Part shown: positions 9,528 through 20,243 of the stretch, in pieces | Numbering within the stretch: the first letter of the stretch is position 1 | How the letters are laid out: each line of letters begins with the position of its first letter | Assembly: GCA_963784355.1 (NCBI GenBank) | Contig: CAWAQU010000012.1 | Span: 32,001 to 96,000, forward strand | From: an uncultured bacterium | Lineage (GTDB): Bacteria > Patescibacteriota > JACMRA01 | Length of the DNA stretch: 64,000 bases | Direction of reading: 5' to 3' | Notes under the pieces: model-generated | The model's input: the letters and a program-made list of their open reading frames with translations, nothing else | The model's database searches: none | Told to the model about the DNA's origin: nothing | Made by a program: the position numbers and the translations under genes

Positions 9528-10283
9528 TTAGTTTAAATATAACGCTGAGAGCAAATTTTCTGTAAATCTTGTTGAGTCATCAAATTCAGGATATCTGGAA
9601 GCTTGGTTGTATATTTTAATCAAATAGTAGCTATCTTCAGTAACTGTGGCGTAATAAACGATATCTTCTGAGTTATCTTTAGATTGAATTTTAGTTACTT
9701 TGATTTCTTTCGGTAAATTGATATCTCTAGATTTTATTTCAAATTGATCACCCAGCTTGGAAACAATTAGATTTTCGTATGCTTCCTTGTCTAATTTATT
9801 ATCGTATTCAGTTGTGGAAACTTCAAGACCACTTTGTAGGGTTTGTCCGGCTTTTGTGTTATTAGTTAAAAGACTTGTGGTGACAGCTTGTTTTTCTGGG
9901 ATAATTTCAAAACTACCGCTTTTTCTGCCAAGGGCAAAGTTACTTGGGGTGGCTTGATTGAGAACTAGGCTAAATCCTTCTGCAGATATAATATTTTGAG
10001 CTGAATTAACATCTTGAGCCCCGGCTACACTTTGATTTTTTAGGCTGGAGATTTGTTTTTCATTTTCTTTATTTTGAATTAGTGTGTATGTACCAAGGCC
10101 TACTAAACTAAGCATCAATACGAATATTATAACCCAAGATTTGTTTCCTCGTCTATAATTTGGTTGAGAAGTGTGCAAAGTTTGTTTTAAATCATTTTCT
10201 TTTTTAGAAACGTAATCTTCAAAGCTCTCTCTAGCGCTAAGAGTCTTACTGAAGTCAAAATCTGAGGAGCTGTTTTCCGACAT
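9528..10283 (-). CDS. Single-pass membrane hypothetical protein
   Basis: 251-aa ORF with one TM near residues 50-68 and an extracellular domain. Confidence 0.6.
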   Translation of the reverse strand: MSENSSSDFDFSKTLSARESFEDYVSKKENDLKQTLHTSQPNYRRGNKSWVIIFVLMLSLVGLGTYTLIQNKENEKQISSLKNQSVAGAQDVNSAQNIISAEGFSLVLNQATPSNFALGRKSGSFEIIPEKQAVTTSLLTNNTKAGQTLQSGLEVSTTEYDNKLDKEAYENLIVSKLGDQFEIKSRDINLPKEIKVTKIQSKDNSEDIVYYATVTEDSYYLIKIYNQASRYPEFDDSTRFTENLLSALYLN

Positions 10284-10445
10284 AGTTTCAATTGGTTATA
10301 GCATTAACTTACCAGGTAATACGGTTTTTGTCAATTTGTTGAGAAGGCAGCGTTGGATGCAATTTTAGTTTTATTTTTAATAGTGTTTAGCTTACTACAG
10401 CAGTGTTTGTCATTTAACTTTTAAACTGTATTTCTACTAAATATG

Positions 10446-11468
10446 CTATAGCTCCATTTGGGCTTGAGTCAGTTTACCAACCCAGGCGATTTGCTCACCG
10501 GAAGCTATTGCCCCAATTCCGTACTTACCTATAAAAATAAGATTGTCGGGACTTACAATGTCTTCAAATAAATTATCATTAGGTCTGTATACCTCTCCAT
10601 ATTTTTGCCCTGTTTGCCATGTGTCGCCAACATCGGTTTGCCATATTAAGTATCCAGCTTTAACAGCTGTTAAATGAAAACAGTTTTTAGCAGGGAGTTT
10701 ATAATAGTTATCTTCAACATTTTGTATATTTCCCCAAATAAAATTTAGCCAATTATGTAAATATTCCAATTTTTCTTCCAATTCGATTTGCTCAATTTGC
10801 CCGTGGATACTAGCTTCCCAGGTACAGACTTTTGGAACGTCACTTTCATCCAAATTTTTCATAAATGCTATACTATGTGCTTCATCAAAAGCTCCAGCTG
10901 CATCGTCATATTCAGTTATAACATGTATTTTAGCTTGTAAGTGATTAAAAACTTGGCTTTGACCCGGAAAAGTAAAAAGATGATTTATTGTTTCAATGCC
11001 GGTGGTATGTATATCTATAACATAATCCGCTTCCGAGGACAGAAGCATTAGAGCTGAGGATAGTTTTTGCTCTATACTTAGGTTTACATTATTCAGTTGT
11101 GTTTGATAATACTCTTCTCTTTCTTTTTTCGATTTAAAATTTTCTGTTGTGTTAAAAATTCTGTTCCAGTTTGTGCCGTTCTGTTTATTCCATCTGCCAT
11201 CCATGCTATTGTAAGTGGTTTGCTGTACTCCGATCGGATTGGCACAGGGGACTATAGTTAATTTTCCCGTAAATTCAGTGTTGCCCAGTTGAAGTTTTTG
11301 CATTAGTTTGCCAAGTAAGGCTGTACCAAAAATTTCCGGTCCATGTAAATTAGCCTGCAGGTATATATTTGGACCAGGTTTTTCAGAGTCAAACACATAA
11401 CTACTTATTGATAAATAATCACCTGTGGCAAGTTGTTGGATTTTGTGATTGTTGCTAGTAAAAGTCAT
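10446..11468 (-). CDS. Succinylglutamate desuccinylase/aspartoacylase-family (M14-like) zinc hydrolase
   Basis: 'ANLHGPE', 'VPCANPIG', 'NWNRIF', 'VIDIHT'. Confidence 0.85.
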   Translation of the reverse strand: MTFTSNNHKIQQLATGDYLSISSYVFDSEKPGPNIYLQANLHGPEIFGTALLGKLMQKLQLGNTEFTGKLTIVPCANPIGVQQTTYNSMDGRWNKQNGTNWNRIFNTTENFKSKKEREEYYQTQLNNVNLSIEQKLSSALMLLSSEADYVIDIHTTGIETINHLFTFPGQSQVFNHLQAKIHVITEYDDAAGAFDEAHSIAFMKNLDESDVPKVCTWEASIHGQIEQIELEEKLEYLHNWLNFIWGNIQNVEDNYYKLPAKNCFHLTAVKAGYLIWQTDVGDTWQTGQKYGEVYRPNDNLFEDIVSPDNLIFIGKYGIGAIASGEQIAWVGKLTQAQMEL

Positions 11469-11473
11469 ACAAA

Positions 11474-12235
11474 CTAATTAATTTTTTTGGGATACACCAT
11501 TAAATGACATCCTGATTGATTTTTTATATTTGTAAAGCCCTGATCGGCTAAATGGCAATTTTTATGGTCTGTACAACCTAGACATCTACTATCACAAGAT
11601 AAATTCTGCAGCTCTTGAGTCCAGTCTTGTCTTCTAAATCCGGTATTCAATAAGGCTAGTTGGGATCTAAGACTTCTAGTTGTTGCTATAATTTCACCAT
11701 TTGGATCATTTTGTTGGATTTGCGCAATAATAGCTTTGAGAGCTTGAGTGGCAAAAGAAGTGCGAGTATTGGTAAGGTAGGAATTTATAGGGAATACCAA
11801 AGATTTGCTGGGTGTTTTTTTAGTTCGATCAACTGTAACGGCCGGATTGGTTATTACCCCTCCTACTTCGTAGACCACTTGGCCTCTTAAATTTTTGCCT
11901 AGCTCACTGTACATACATGATGACAAAAAATCTAATTGCCCATTTTCATTCCTACCTAATATAATTATCATTCTGCCTTTTTCAAGGGCATCTTTTAATT
12001 CATTAGTAGTTTTAGGTAAAATATAATTTCCCAGCTCATAGGATTGTTGAATCACATCAGAAATTTGGCCTAAAACAGGATAAACTTCATTCCACTGAGG
12101 ATTTTTTTGTAGATAACTCCAACCGTTAATAACATTGTTTTCAGGTTGAGGTTGAAAATTAAGTTTCCTTCGGACTTGCGGCAAAGGTGATATATTTCTT
12201 GGCTTAAATTGTTGCTCCAACATATTTTTTTTCAT
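11474..12235 (-). CDS. GNAT-like protein, possibly ArgA/N-acetylglutamate-synthase-like
   Basis: 'YILPKT', 'VYEVGGVITNP', 'FATQALKAII', 'GF', C-terminal CxxxCxxCxxxxxC cluster. Confidence 0.4.
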   Translation of the reverse strand: MKKNMLEQQFKPRNISPLPQVRRKLNFQPQPENNVINGWSYLQKNPQWNEVYPVLGQISDVIQQSYELGNYILPKTTNELKDALEKGRMIIILGRNENGQLDFLSSCMYSELGKNLRGQVVYEVGGVITNPAVTVDRTKKTPSKSLVFPINSYLTNTRTSFATQALKAIIAQIQQNDPNGEIIATTRSLRSQLALLNTGFRRQDWTQELQNLSCDSRCLGCTDHKNCHLADQGFTNIKNQSGCHLMVYPKKIN

Positions 12236-12346
12236 TAAATTTATATAATCTCTAATTCTACATATTTCCTTTAAGTTAGCAAAATTCCCTGTCTTCTAGA
12301 CAAAAATGAGTAAATTGTGTATGAAATGTTACAAATCGTAAATATT

Positions 12347-12989
12347 ATGCTTTCAGTTAGTGACGCGGTGCGTCAAATTTTAAAAAACCAACCTTTTGTG
12401 GAAGATCTTTGCAAAAAGGAATTTTAAATCTATCTCAATATGCTATTCAAATTCAAAAGCAGGTAGAAGATATTACTTTTAAGCCTGTCACTCAAGGGTC
12501 CATTGTCACGGCACTTTCTAGAATTCAGGGAGAAATACACACTAAATTTGATATTGATTTTAAAGTAAATGATTTGTCACTCAAATTCCCTTTATCTGAG
12601 GTAGTTTTTCCGATACATCCGTCAGCTACTTTTAAAACAGGAGAGGTATATAAAAATTTTAGTAAATTCCAAAATCACTTTTTAAATATCATAGCAGGAA
12701 ATACAGAGATTACGGTATTTGTAAACAGTAGGTATGAGCAGGATCTAATTAAATTATTTGGGCCGCTGGAGCCTATTAAAATCATGAAGACTTTGCCGGA
12801 GTAAGTTTGAAATTCTCCGAGGAATATTTTGAAGTGCGAGGTATTACTTATGAGGTTCTAAAATCCCTAGTTTGGGAGGGGATTAATTTGACCGAAATCA
12901 TATCTACTTACACTGAAATCACACTTATAATCGGACGTAAAGATGCTAATAGGGCTTTTGAGGTACTGTCAGAGAAGTTTTTGGTTTAG
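12347..12989 (+). pseudogene. Helical N-terminal plus ACT-domain protein, doubly frameshifted
   Basis: ATG at 12347 (MLSVSDAVRQILKNQPFVEDL); adding one base at about 12409 and one at about 12780 joins three frames into 214 aa ending in ACT-like 'GINLTEIISTYTEITLII'. Confidence 0.7.
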
Positions 12990-13907
12990 TTTTAAATCTA
13001 ATTTTACTCTGAATCAATCTTTTGCACAAATTTCACTAGGCTTTTTACGCTTTGCCCAGTGGCACCACTGACACCCAAATTATTTTTGCTTTCATTGTAG
13101 GCTGAGCCGGCTATATCCATATGAGCCCATTTGAAACATTTTGGATTCTCAATTTTAATCTCAGGGTTTCTAAATAGGCTTTGGTCCACGAAATGGCTTA
13201 AAAATAAGCCCGCAGTTACATGACCTGAACTTATTGGTGACTTGGAAGTATTAACCAGATCACTGTTACTGCCTTGTACATACTCTCTCAACATTTCCGG
13301 CATATGCACTAAAATTGTAGGTTCATTTTCCTCTACAAAAGTATCATGCAATTTTTGGCAGAGTTCTGTATCATTGCCCATTAAGGCTGTAAAGTAAGCG
13401 GATAAAGCCATAATACAAGCACCTGTCAATGTAGCGGCGTCAATAATATAGTCAGGATTTAATAAAGTAGCATAAGTTAAAGCGTCGGCCAGAGTCAATC
13501 TGCCTTCTGCATCAGTATTGTAAACTTCGATAGTTTGACCCGAATAAGAGGTAATAATATCATCAGCTTTATAACTGCTCTCGCTTATCATGTTTTCGGC
13601 AAAAGCTGAGATCCAGTGCACCTGAGTATTTTTTAACCCTAGTTCACTCAAAATTTTAATTACGCCAAACATGGTGGCAGAACCAGCCATATCAGTTTTC
13701 ATGGTCCTCATATGCCCGGCAACTTTAATATCTAAGCCTCCCGAATCGTAAGTTAGCCCTTTACCAATCAAACAAATTGTATGTTTAATTTCTCCTTCAG
13801 GTTTCAAAGTTACATGTACAAGCGTTGGTTTAAAACGGCTAGCTCTACCTACAAAAGTAATTCCTTTCATCCCCATCTTTTCCAGTTCATCATACTGGAT
13901 CTGTTTA

Positions 13908-14772
13908 GAACCTGTTTGAATACTTTCTAAAATTAATCTGTAATAAGTCAGTATGGCTTATCCATCTGATTTAACTCAAGCAGAGTACGAGGAAATAAAA
14001 CACTATCTACCTGATAAAAAATGTACTAAACCTCTAAAATGGACAAAACATCAAATTATCAATGGAATGATGTATGTCTTGGTTTCCGGGTGTCAGTGGA
14101 GGATGCTCCCTAAAGATATGCCGCCTTGGGAAACAGTATATTACTATTTTAATACATGGAAGAAAGCAGGAGTAATAGACCTGATTTTAAAAAAATCTGG
14201 TAAAAAAGTATCGTCTATTGCTGGGAAAAGAACCTTTACCGACAAAGGGTATTATTGATTCCCAGAGTGTTAAAAATACTGATTGTGCATGTAAAAAGCA
14301 GAAAGGTTATGACGGAGGTAAGAAAGTAGGAGGAATCAAAAGACATTTAGTAACTGATACTAATGGTCTGCCTTTGGACATTGTCATTACTCCTGCTAAT
14401 GAAAGTGAACGAGATGTTTGTTTTCAAATTCTGTTAAACCAAGAAGAGCTGCTTGTCAGACTTGAGGAAATATATGCAGACAGCGGTTACAAAGGAGAAA
14501 GGTTTGAATTTGAAATATATCAGGATACGGGAGTGATAATTACTGTAGTTCCAAGAAGACAGAATACTAAGACAAGTTTTGCTGTAGTACCAAAAAGATG
14601 GGTTGTGGAAAGATCCTTTTCCTGGCTGGATAAATGCCATAGGTTATGGAAAAATACTGAGAGGATGATAAATACAAGTAAAGCAATGATTCAACTATGT
14701 TTCGTTAGATTATTGGCAAGGAGACTTGGAAATTGGGGAGTTTAGTGATGGGTAGAGATTTCAAACAGGTTC
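13908..14772 (+). mobile_element. IS5-family insertion sequence, 865 bp
   Basis: Terminal inverted repeats GAACCTGTTTGAA (13908-13920) and TTCAAACAGGTTC (14760-14772); TTA target duplication at 13905-07 and 14773-75. Confidence 0.95.
13953..14745 (+). CDS. IS5-family DDE transposase in two overlapping ORFs
   Basis: orfA 'YPSDLT...GCQWRMLPKDMPPW'; orfB 'IIDSQSVK', 'ADSGY', 'RWVVERSFSW'; A7 run at 14189-14195 at the frame junction. Confidence 0.92.
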
Positions 14773-15500
14773 TTAATTGCTATATTATTTTTTGTAGCCA
14801 ACTCTTTTTTGATAATTTCCGGCATGGTTTGGGGATTTATATTTTCCGGCGTGTCGTTTACAAGCTCTCTAGTTAGATTTAAACCTTCATTGAAAATCAA
14901 AATTTTTTTCTTTAGTTCAGAGTCCAAAAAAGTGGCAATTTCTTGGTCAAAGCTTATTTCAAGGTCGGACTTATTAGTGTCCTCTTTTAAAAATTTATCA
15001 AATTTATAGCTGGCTTGTAAAAATCCTAAGACAAAATCTTCAAAAAATTTATTTGTATCAATATTTTCTAGTGGTGGTTGATTTTTAATATTTATACTTT
15101 TTTCTTTGAAATCGCCCAATTTTTTATATAGAGTAGCTCCTAGTTGTATTGGATTTATTTTGAAAAAGGGATCAAAATTGGTAGTTGTAGACTTTAATTC
15201 AGTACCAATATAAATTTCTTTTGACTCCGGTAAAATGCAGACTTGTTTATATTTTGCTGCAAAACTCAAACTTTCCAGTAAAATTTTCTTGGAACTTTGA
15301 TCTAATGTGCTTTTATTTAGAAAATAAACTTGAAATGATTTGGGCTGAGATAAGAAATTGATTACTGGCATAGATTTGAATATTTAAATGCGAAAAAAAC
15401 CAAGCTTTGTCAAAGTAATTTGATTTTACAGATGTTTAATATCTAAATTTTTATATGGTGATATGTTGACAATGGCAATATTCTGAGTCATGATTAGAGT

Positions 15501-16964
15501 ATGCAGAAATTTTTGAATTTCTTAAAAAAGCTACTAGGGAAAAAAGTGACAAAAAGAGTAAGACCACTTGGACATGGTATAAAAAGTTGGCTATCAGCAG
15601 CGTATTTTGGCTTTCCGGGAAAAAAAATAACTTTAATCGGTATAACCGGAACAAAAGGTAAAACTACAACCACGATTTTGACAGGGAGATTAATGAATTT
15701 GGCCGGAGTTAAAACGGGCTATATCTCCACAGGTACAATAAATACATCAGGAGAGATATCTAAGGAATTTTTGAATCCCTATAAAATGACGACTTTGGAC
15801 GGATTTGTTTTGCAGAAATATCTAAGTGAGATCGTAAAAAACGGTTGCAATTATGCGGTACTTGAAATGTCTAGTCTCGGGCTTGAGCAAAATAGACATT
15901 GGGGTATGGGTAAGTTTGATGTAACCATGCTTACCAATCTGTACCCCGAACATCTAGAAGCACATGGGGGAATAGAAAATTACAAAAATGCTAAGGGAAT
16001 TCTCTTCCAAAATTTAAAAGAAGGCGGCTTGTTTATTGGAAATTACGAAAAAAAACAAGATGAACTTTCAGAATTTATGTGGAATAAGGTACCTGAAAAT
16101 ATTAGGTCTTATTGCAAGAAAATAGAAATAGTACCGGAAAAAAGTTTTAAAATCATTGATGAGGAAAATACTCTCTACAAGACATTAATTTACAACGACA
16201 AAAAATATTTCACTGATTTTATTGCCGGTTTTGATTTGCAAAATCTTTTTTTTGCTATACAAACTGTAGAATCATTTAAGCCCCAATTTTCAAGTGAATT
16301 ACAAAATATTTTATCTAAACTACGAAGCCAAATCCCCGGAAGGATGGAGTTTGTAGTGAAGGACGGACAAATTGTTTTTAACAAATCTTTGGTATTGGCT
16401 TCAGGTTCACAGTCCCCAATTTCAATTTTGGTTGATTATGCTCATGAGCCTGAAAGTTTGCAAAAACTTATGGAGACTTTACTTGAGTGGAAAACTAAGA
16501 AATACTTTGATAAAATTATACATATATTATCCTCCGATGGTGCTGGTAGAGATGACTGGAAAAAACCAGTTATGGGTTCTATAAGCTATAGATATGCCGA
16601 TTTTTCTATAATTACCACAGATAATTATGATATGGAGGATAAGCCACAGGAAATTTTAGATTTGCTTACTAAGGATCTTCCAGTTGAAAAGATGGTAACC
16701 AAAGATTTGTTGCTCGAAAACTTAAGTAGCAAAAAATTTTTAAAACAGACTAATCGAAAAAAAGCTTTTGAAATGGGATTAACCTTAGCCAAGATAATTT
16801 TTGGTACCAAAGATACACCAGAAACTTTATCCGATGAAAAAAAACGCATTTTAATTGTATCTACTGGCGTCGGTTCCGAACAAGGACTTACCCAGCCGGA
16901 GGGAAAATTGGAATGGGATGAGAGAGATGTTTGGATTGAGGAATACAACAAATTTGCGGCTTAA
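15501..16964 (+). CDS. murE: Mur ligase, MurE-like
   Basis: 'GITGTKGKTTT', 'LEMSS', 'TNLYPEHL', 'PGRME', 'VDYAH'. Confidence 0.8.
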   Translation: MQKFLNFLKKLLGKKVTKRVRPLGHGIKSWLSAAYFGFPGKKITLIGITGTKGKTTTTILTGRLMNLAGVKTGYISTGTINTSGEISKEFLNPYKMTTLDGFVLQKYLSEIVKNGCNYAVLEMSSLGLEQNRHWGMGKFDVTMLTNLYPEHLEAHGGIENYKNAKGILFQNLKEGGLFIGNYEKKQDELSEFMWNKVPENIRSYCKKIEIVPEKSFKIIDEENTLYKTLIYNDKKYFTDFIAGFDLQNLFFAIQTVESFKPQFSSELQNILSKLRSQIPGRMEFVVKDGQIVFNKSLVLASGSQSPISILVDYAHEPESLQKLMETLLEWKTKKYFDKIIHILSSDGAGRDDWKKPVMGSISYRYADFSIITTDNYDMEDKPQEILDLLTKDLPVEKMVTKDLLLENLSSKKFLKQTNRKKAFEMGLTLAKIIFGTKDTPETLSDEKKRILIVSTGVGSEQGLTQPEGKLEWDERDVWIEEYNKFAA

Positions 16965-17080
16965 TTAGTATAATGGCTTAGATCTTAGCTTTACAATTTT
17001 TGAATTTTCTTTTATGATTCCCTCGAAGTAAACTTAAGCACTAACTAAGACAAAATAGATAAATTAAGTTAATAGTAAAT

Positions 17081-17156
17081 GCCAGCATAGCTCAGTTGGT
17101 AGAGCGAGTCACTCGTAACGACTAGGCCGCAGGTTCGATCCCTGTTGCTGGCTCCA
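17081..17156 (+). tRNA. tRNA-Thr(CGT)
   Basis: GCCAGCA/TGCTGGC acceptor stem, D-arm AGCTCAGTTGGTAGAGC, anticodon loop CTCGTAA, GGTTCGATCC T-arm, encoded CCA. Confidence 0.95.
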
Positions 17157-17358
17157 GCGGAGACTATTATTGACAGGTTATTTTTTTTGAATTTCCCTAC
17201 CGAGATAAAAACTGAACAATACAAAGGAACTCAAAATCGAATTAAATCAAACTTTTTACTATTATTTATATTATCCCCATTTCACTTAATGGAGCTTATT
17301 TTTATATATCTTAATTTTTAAAAGGGGTTTTATTCCCCTATCTTTCTACATATTTATT

Positions 17359-19068
17359 ATGCCAACGACAATATTATATATACTAACTGTTATTTTTGCT
17401 ATATCTTCAGCAGGGCTGGGTTACTATGCTTATGTATTACAAAACAAGCCTAAAAGTAGGGGTGAATTTACTCAAGAGGATCTTGATAAGCTAGTTGAAT
17501 ATAAAAGTAAAAAAATTAAAGAGGAAAAACAATTACAACTCGAAGAATTTAAAGCTGAAATCAAGAAAAATTACACTGATAAAGAAGCTGGATTAAATGA
17601 TGAGATGGAAGCAAGAAATAAAATCTTGTTGGAAAAAATGAAATTAGAAGCTCAAGTACAAATTCAAGAAGAGGAAAAACAGATGAGACAAAGAATACTT
17701 GATTTGCAGGAAAATATTGATAGAAAAGAAAACACACTCAATGCAAAGCTTGAAAAACTTGATGCAGACAAAGAAAAAATGGAGGTTTTAAAGGATGAGC
17801 TTAGAAAAATTAAAGAAGACCTATTGCAAAAAAGAGCTGAGGTAGAGGAAAAGGAAAACAATTTGCAAGTTAAGATGGACCAAAAATTGGAAGAAATTTC
17901 GAGGTTGACACTGGAAGAAGCAAAGAAAAAGATTTTGGAGAGAAGTAAGGAAGAAATGGGTCAGGAACTGCTAGTCTGGCAGCAAAAATTTGTTGATAAA
18001 TATGAGGAAGACGCTAATATACAGGCTAGAGAAATTGTGGCTTTAGCAGTGCAGAGATGTTCGAGTGAAGTATCCAATGAGCTGACAATCACTACTGTCA
18101 AACTTGAGGATGAAGCTGATAAAGGTAAAATTATCGGAAAAGCCGGTAGAAATATCCAGTGGCTAGAGAAGACCTTAGGCGTAGAATTAGTAATTGATGA
18201 AACTCCAGGAGTAGTAACTTTGTCAGGATTTAGTTCAGTCAGAAGACATATTGCTAAAAGAACTTTAGAGATGCTTTTGAAAGATGGGCGTATTCACCCT
18301 GCTAGTATTGAAGATTTTTATGAGAAAGCCAAAGCTGAAATTGCGCAAGAAATTGCCGATGCAGGACAATGGGCTGTAAATGAGCTGGGTATTTATGATT
18401 TTCCGGCAAAATTAGTTAGAATCATTGGAAGGCTTAAATTTAGAACTAGTTATGGTCAAAACATGCTTAAACATAGTGTGGAAATGGCTAAGCTTGCAGG
18501 ATTATTGGCAAGGGACATGAACGAAAGGTTTAACAATAAAGAAAACCCGGTAGATGTAGATATTTGTATTAAAGGAGCATTTTTGCATGATGTGGGCAAA
18601 GCGGTCGATGAAGAGACTATGCCAAAGGGGAACCATATAAACCTAGGTGAGAAAATTTGTGATATGTTTGGCTTGGATTGGAGAATTAAAAAATGTGTAT
18701 CTAGTCATCACGATGAAAGTTATTATGATCCGGAGCATGGCTTTTGTATAGAAGCGGCTTTGGTTGATGCTTGTGATAATATTTCAGGAGGTAGACCAGG
18801 CGCTAGAAAAGAAACGGCAGAGGCTTATTTCCAACGTATGGAAGCTATGGAAAAAATCGCTGAGACCACTCCAGGTGTAAACAAATCTTGGATTATGAGG
18901 GGTAGTAGAGAATTGTGGGTTTTCTTTGATACACAAAAAATCAGTCCAGCACAAATGCATGACACTACTAGGAAAATTGCCAATGAAATACAAGCAGGAG
19001 TACGTTATCCGGGGGAGATTAAAGTGGTTGGACTGTGGGAAGATAAGGTAGTTGAATATGCTGTTTAA
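17359..19068 (+). CDS. rny: Ribonuclease Y
   Basis: N-terminal TM, coiled coil, KH 'GKIIGKAGRNI', 'RTSYGQN', HD 'LHDVGKA'. Confidence 0.95.
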   Translation: MPTTILYILTVIFAISSAGLGYYAYVLQNKPKSRGEFTQEDLDKLVEYKSKKIKEEKQLQLEEFKAEIKKNYTDKEAGLNDEMEARNKILLEKMKLEAQVQIQEEEKQMRQRILDLQENIDRKENTLNAKLEKLDADKEKMEVLKDELRKIKEDLLQKRAEVEEKENNLQVKMDQKLEEISRLTLEEAKKKILERSKEEMGQELLVWQQKFVDKYEEDANIQAREIVALAVQRCSSEVSNELTITTVKLEDEADKGKIIGKAGRNIQWLEKTLGVELVIDETPGVVTLSGFSSVRRHIAKRTLEMLLKDGRIHPASIEDFYEKAKAEIAQEIADAGQWAVNELGIYDFPAKLVRIIGRLKFRTSYGQNMLKHSVEMAKLAGLLARDMNERFNNKENPVDVDICIKGAFLHDVGKAVDEETMPKGNHINLGEKICDMFGLDWRIKKCVSSHHDESYYDPEHGFCIEAALVDACDNISGGRPGARKETAEAYFQRMEAMEKIAETTPGVNKSWIMRGSRELWVFFDTQKISPAQMHDTTRKIANEIQAGVRYPGEIKVVGLWEDKVVEYAV

Positions 19069-19137
19069 GTTGAGTATTTGCTTAAACCAATTTTTTGTGC
19101 TATAGAATAAGTCATAACAATTAATGTTTACAAAGTT

Positions 19138-19776
19138 ATGAACTTTTTTAACGGTACAAATGCAAAGAAAACATCTAACACAGGCAATTCTGTAATTGAC
19201 GTAACTACTAGTCAAACAATCGGAAGTGACGCAGACTGGAAAAAAAATAATTTGAGTTGGGCTGAATCATCCAATGGAACTCAGACAGATAGTAAGAAAA
19301 TTATAGTTGAAGAGGATTATTTTGATTCCGAATCAGTACCTCAAGTTAAAGATTTGATAAATCCTAACCAAGAAAGAAGCATTGCCTCAATTTTTGGAGG
19401 GAATTATAGTGGCTCTAACCAAAAAACTGTTATAGTTGCTTTAGTTGAAGCATTGGAAATATTTCCTACCCCTGTTGAAATTGCAAGACAGAGAGATATT
19501 CACGAACAAAATATTGCCAAACTCCAAAAGGCAAAAACAGTTTTATCTGCGGTTAGTACAATTGATCAAAATGTAAATACTGATGCTGTAAAAGCGTATA
19601 CTGCTACAGAAGCTGCTTTAAATGAAGCAATCAACATCAGAGATGAATTTGAATCTAAGCTAAGATCGCAAAGCCAATCAATTAAGCAACTTATTGCAAA
19701 TTGTGGAAATACACCTGAAAACGAAGCTAGAGCACAAGCAATTGTAGGTTTGTACGAGTTTAATGAAGTTACCTAG
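19138..19776 (+). CDS. Hypothetical protein, helical C-terminal half
   Basis: 212-aa ORF followed by a terminator. Confidence 0.6.
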   Translation: MNFFNGTNAKKTSNTGNSVIDVTTSQTIGSDADWKKNNLSWAESSNGTQTDSKKIIVEEDYFDSESVPQVKDLINPNQERSIASIFGGNYSGSNQKTVIVALVEALEIFPTPVEIARQRDIHEQNIAKLQKAKTVLSAVSTIDQNVNTDAVKAYTATEAALNEAINIRDEFESKLRSQSQSIKQLIANCGNTPENEARAQAIVGLYEFNEVT

Positions 19777-19815
19777 TTTTGCTAAACAAATTCTTAAAGT
19801 AACGTTTTTAACAAC

Positions 19816-19844
19816 AAAGAGTCCCGGTTATTACCGGGGTTTTT
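19816..19844. terminator. Intrinsic terminator between convergent genes
   Basis: CCCGGT-tatt-ACCGGG stem followed by a T run. Confidence 0.7.
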
Positions 19845-19859
19845 AGGTGTGGAATTTAT

Positions 19860-20243
19860 TTATCTATTCCCTGTAGAAATTTTTCCGGGTTTTCTTACGT
19901 CAATTATGGGTAGTCTTAATAAGCTAAATAAAAATAATCCTGTAAAAGTAATATGAATTAGCAAGATAATAAATGAACTATTTTCTTTTTCCACTATGAG
20001 ATTTAGCATTTTAGCCAAAGTTGTAGTTATGTGTAGGCAAAAAAATACTGTAATTGCCAGTCTGTGGACGACTATATTGTCTTTACCTGCAGCTAGGAGG
20101 CTGAAGATACCCAAGCTAAGAACAGGTGCCCACAAACTGTAATCCTTTAGGAATAAAAATGTAAATATAGCAATAGCGATTTCGAAAACTCCGTTAACTA
20201 CTAATAAAGTTTTAGTAAATACGTTATTTGTTGAATTTAGCAT
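19860..20243 (-). CDS. Small 4-TM membrane protein
   Basis: Four hydrophobic segments, two with His; overlaps the end of the ferric-reductase gene. Confidence 0.6.
   Translation of the reverse strand: MLNSTNNVFTKTLLVVNGVFEIAIAIFTFLFLKDYSLWAPVLSLGIFSLLAAGKDNIVVHRLAITVFFCLHITTTLAKMLNLIVEKENSSFIILLIHITFTGLFLFSLLRLPIIDVRKPGKISTGNR

Larger units (their letters stand above)
13004..15371 (-). pseudogene. pepA: Leucyl aminopeptidase (M17) interrupted by an IS5-family element
   Basis: 'GKGLTYDSGG', 'MKTDMAG', 'NTDAEGRL', 'HMDIAG'; removing the IS and one TTA restores the frame (KNNIAIKQIQYDELEKMGMKG), giving 499 aa. Confidence 0.93.

Noticed and set aside
17081-17360. tRNA-Thr as an integration site; A-C mismatch at the base of its anticodon stem
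   Set aside because: No integrase or duplicated tRNA 3' end in the window; a single mismatch does not indicate a pseudogene
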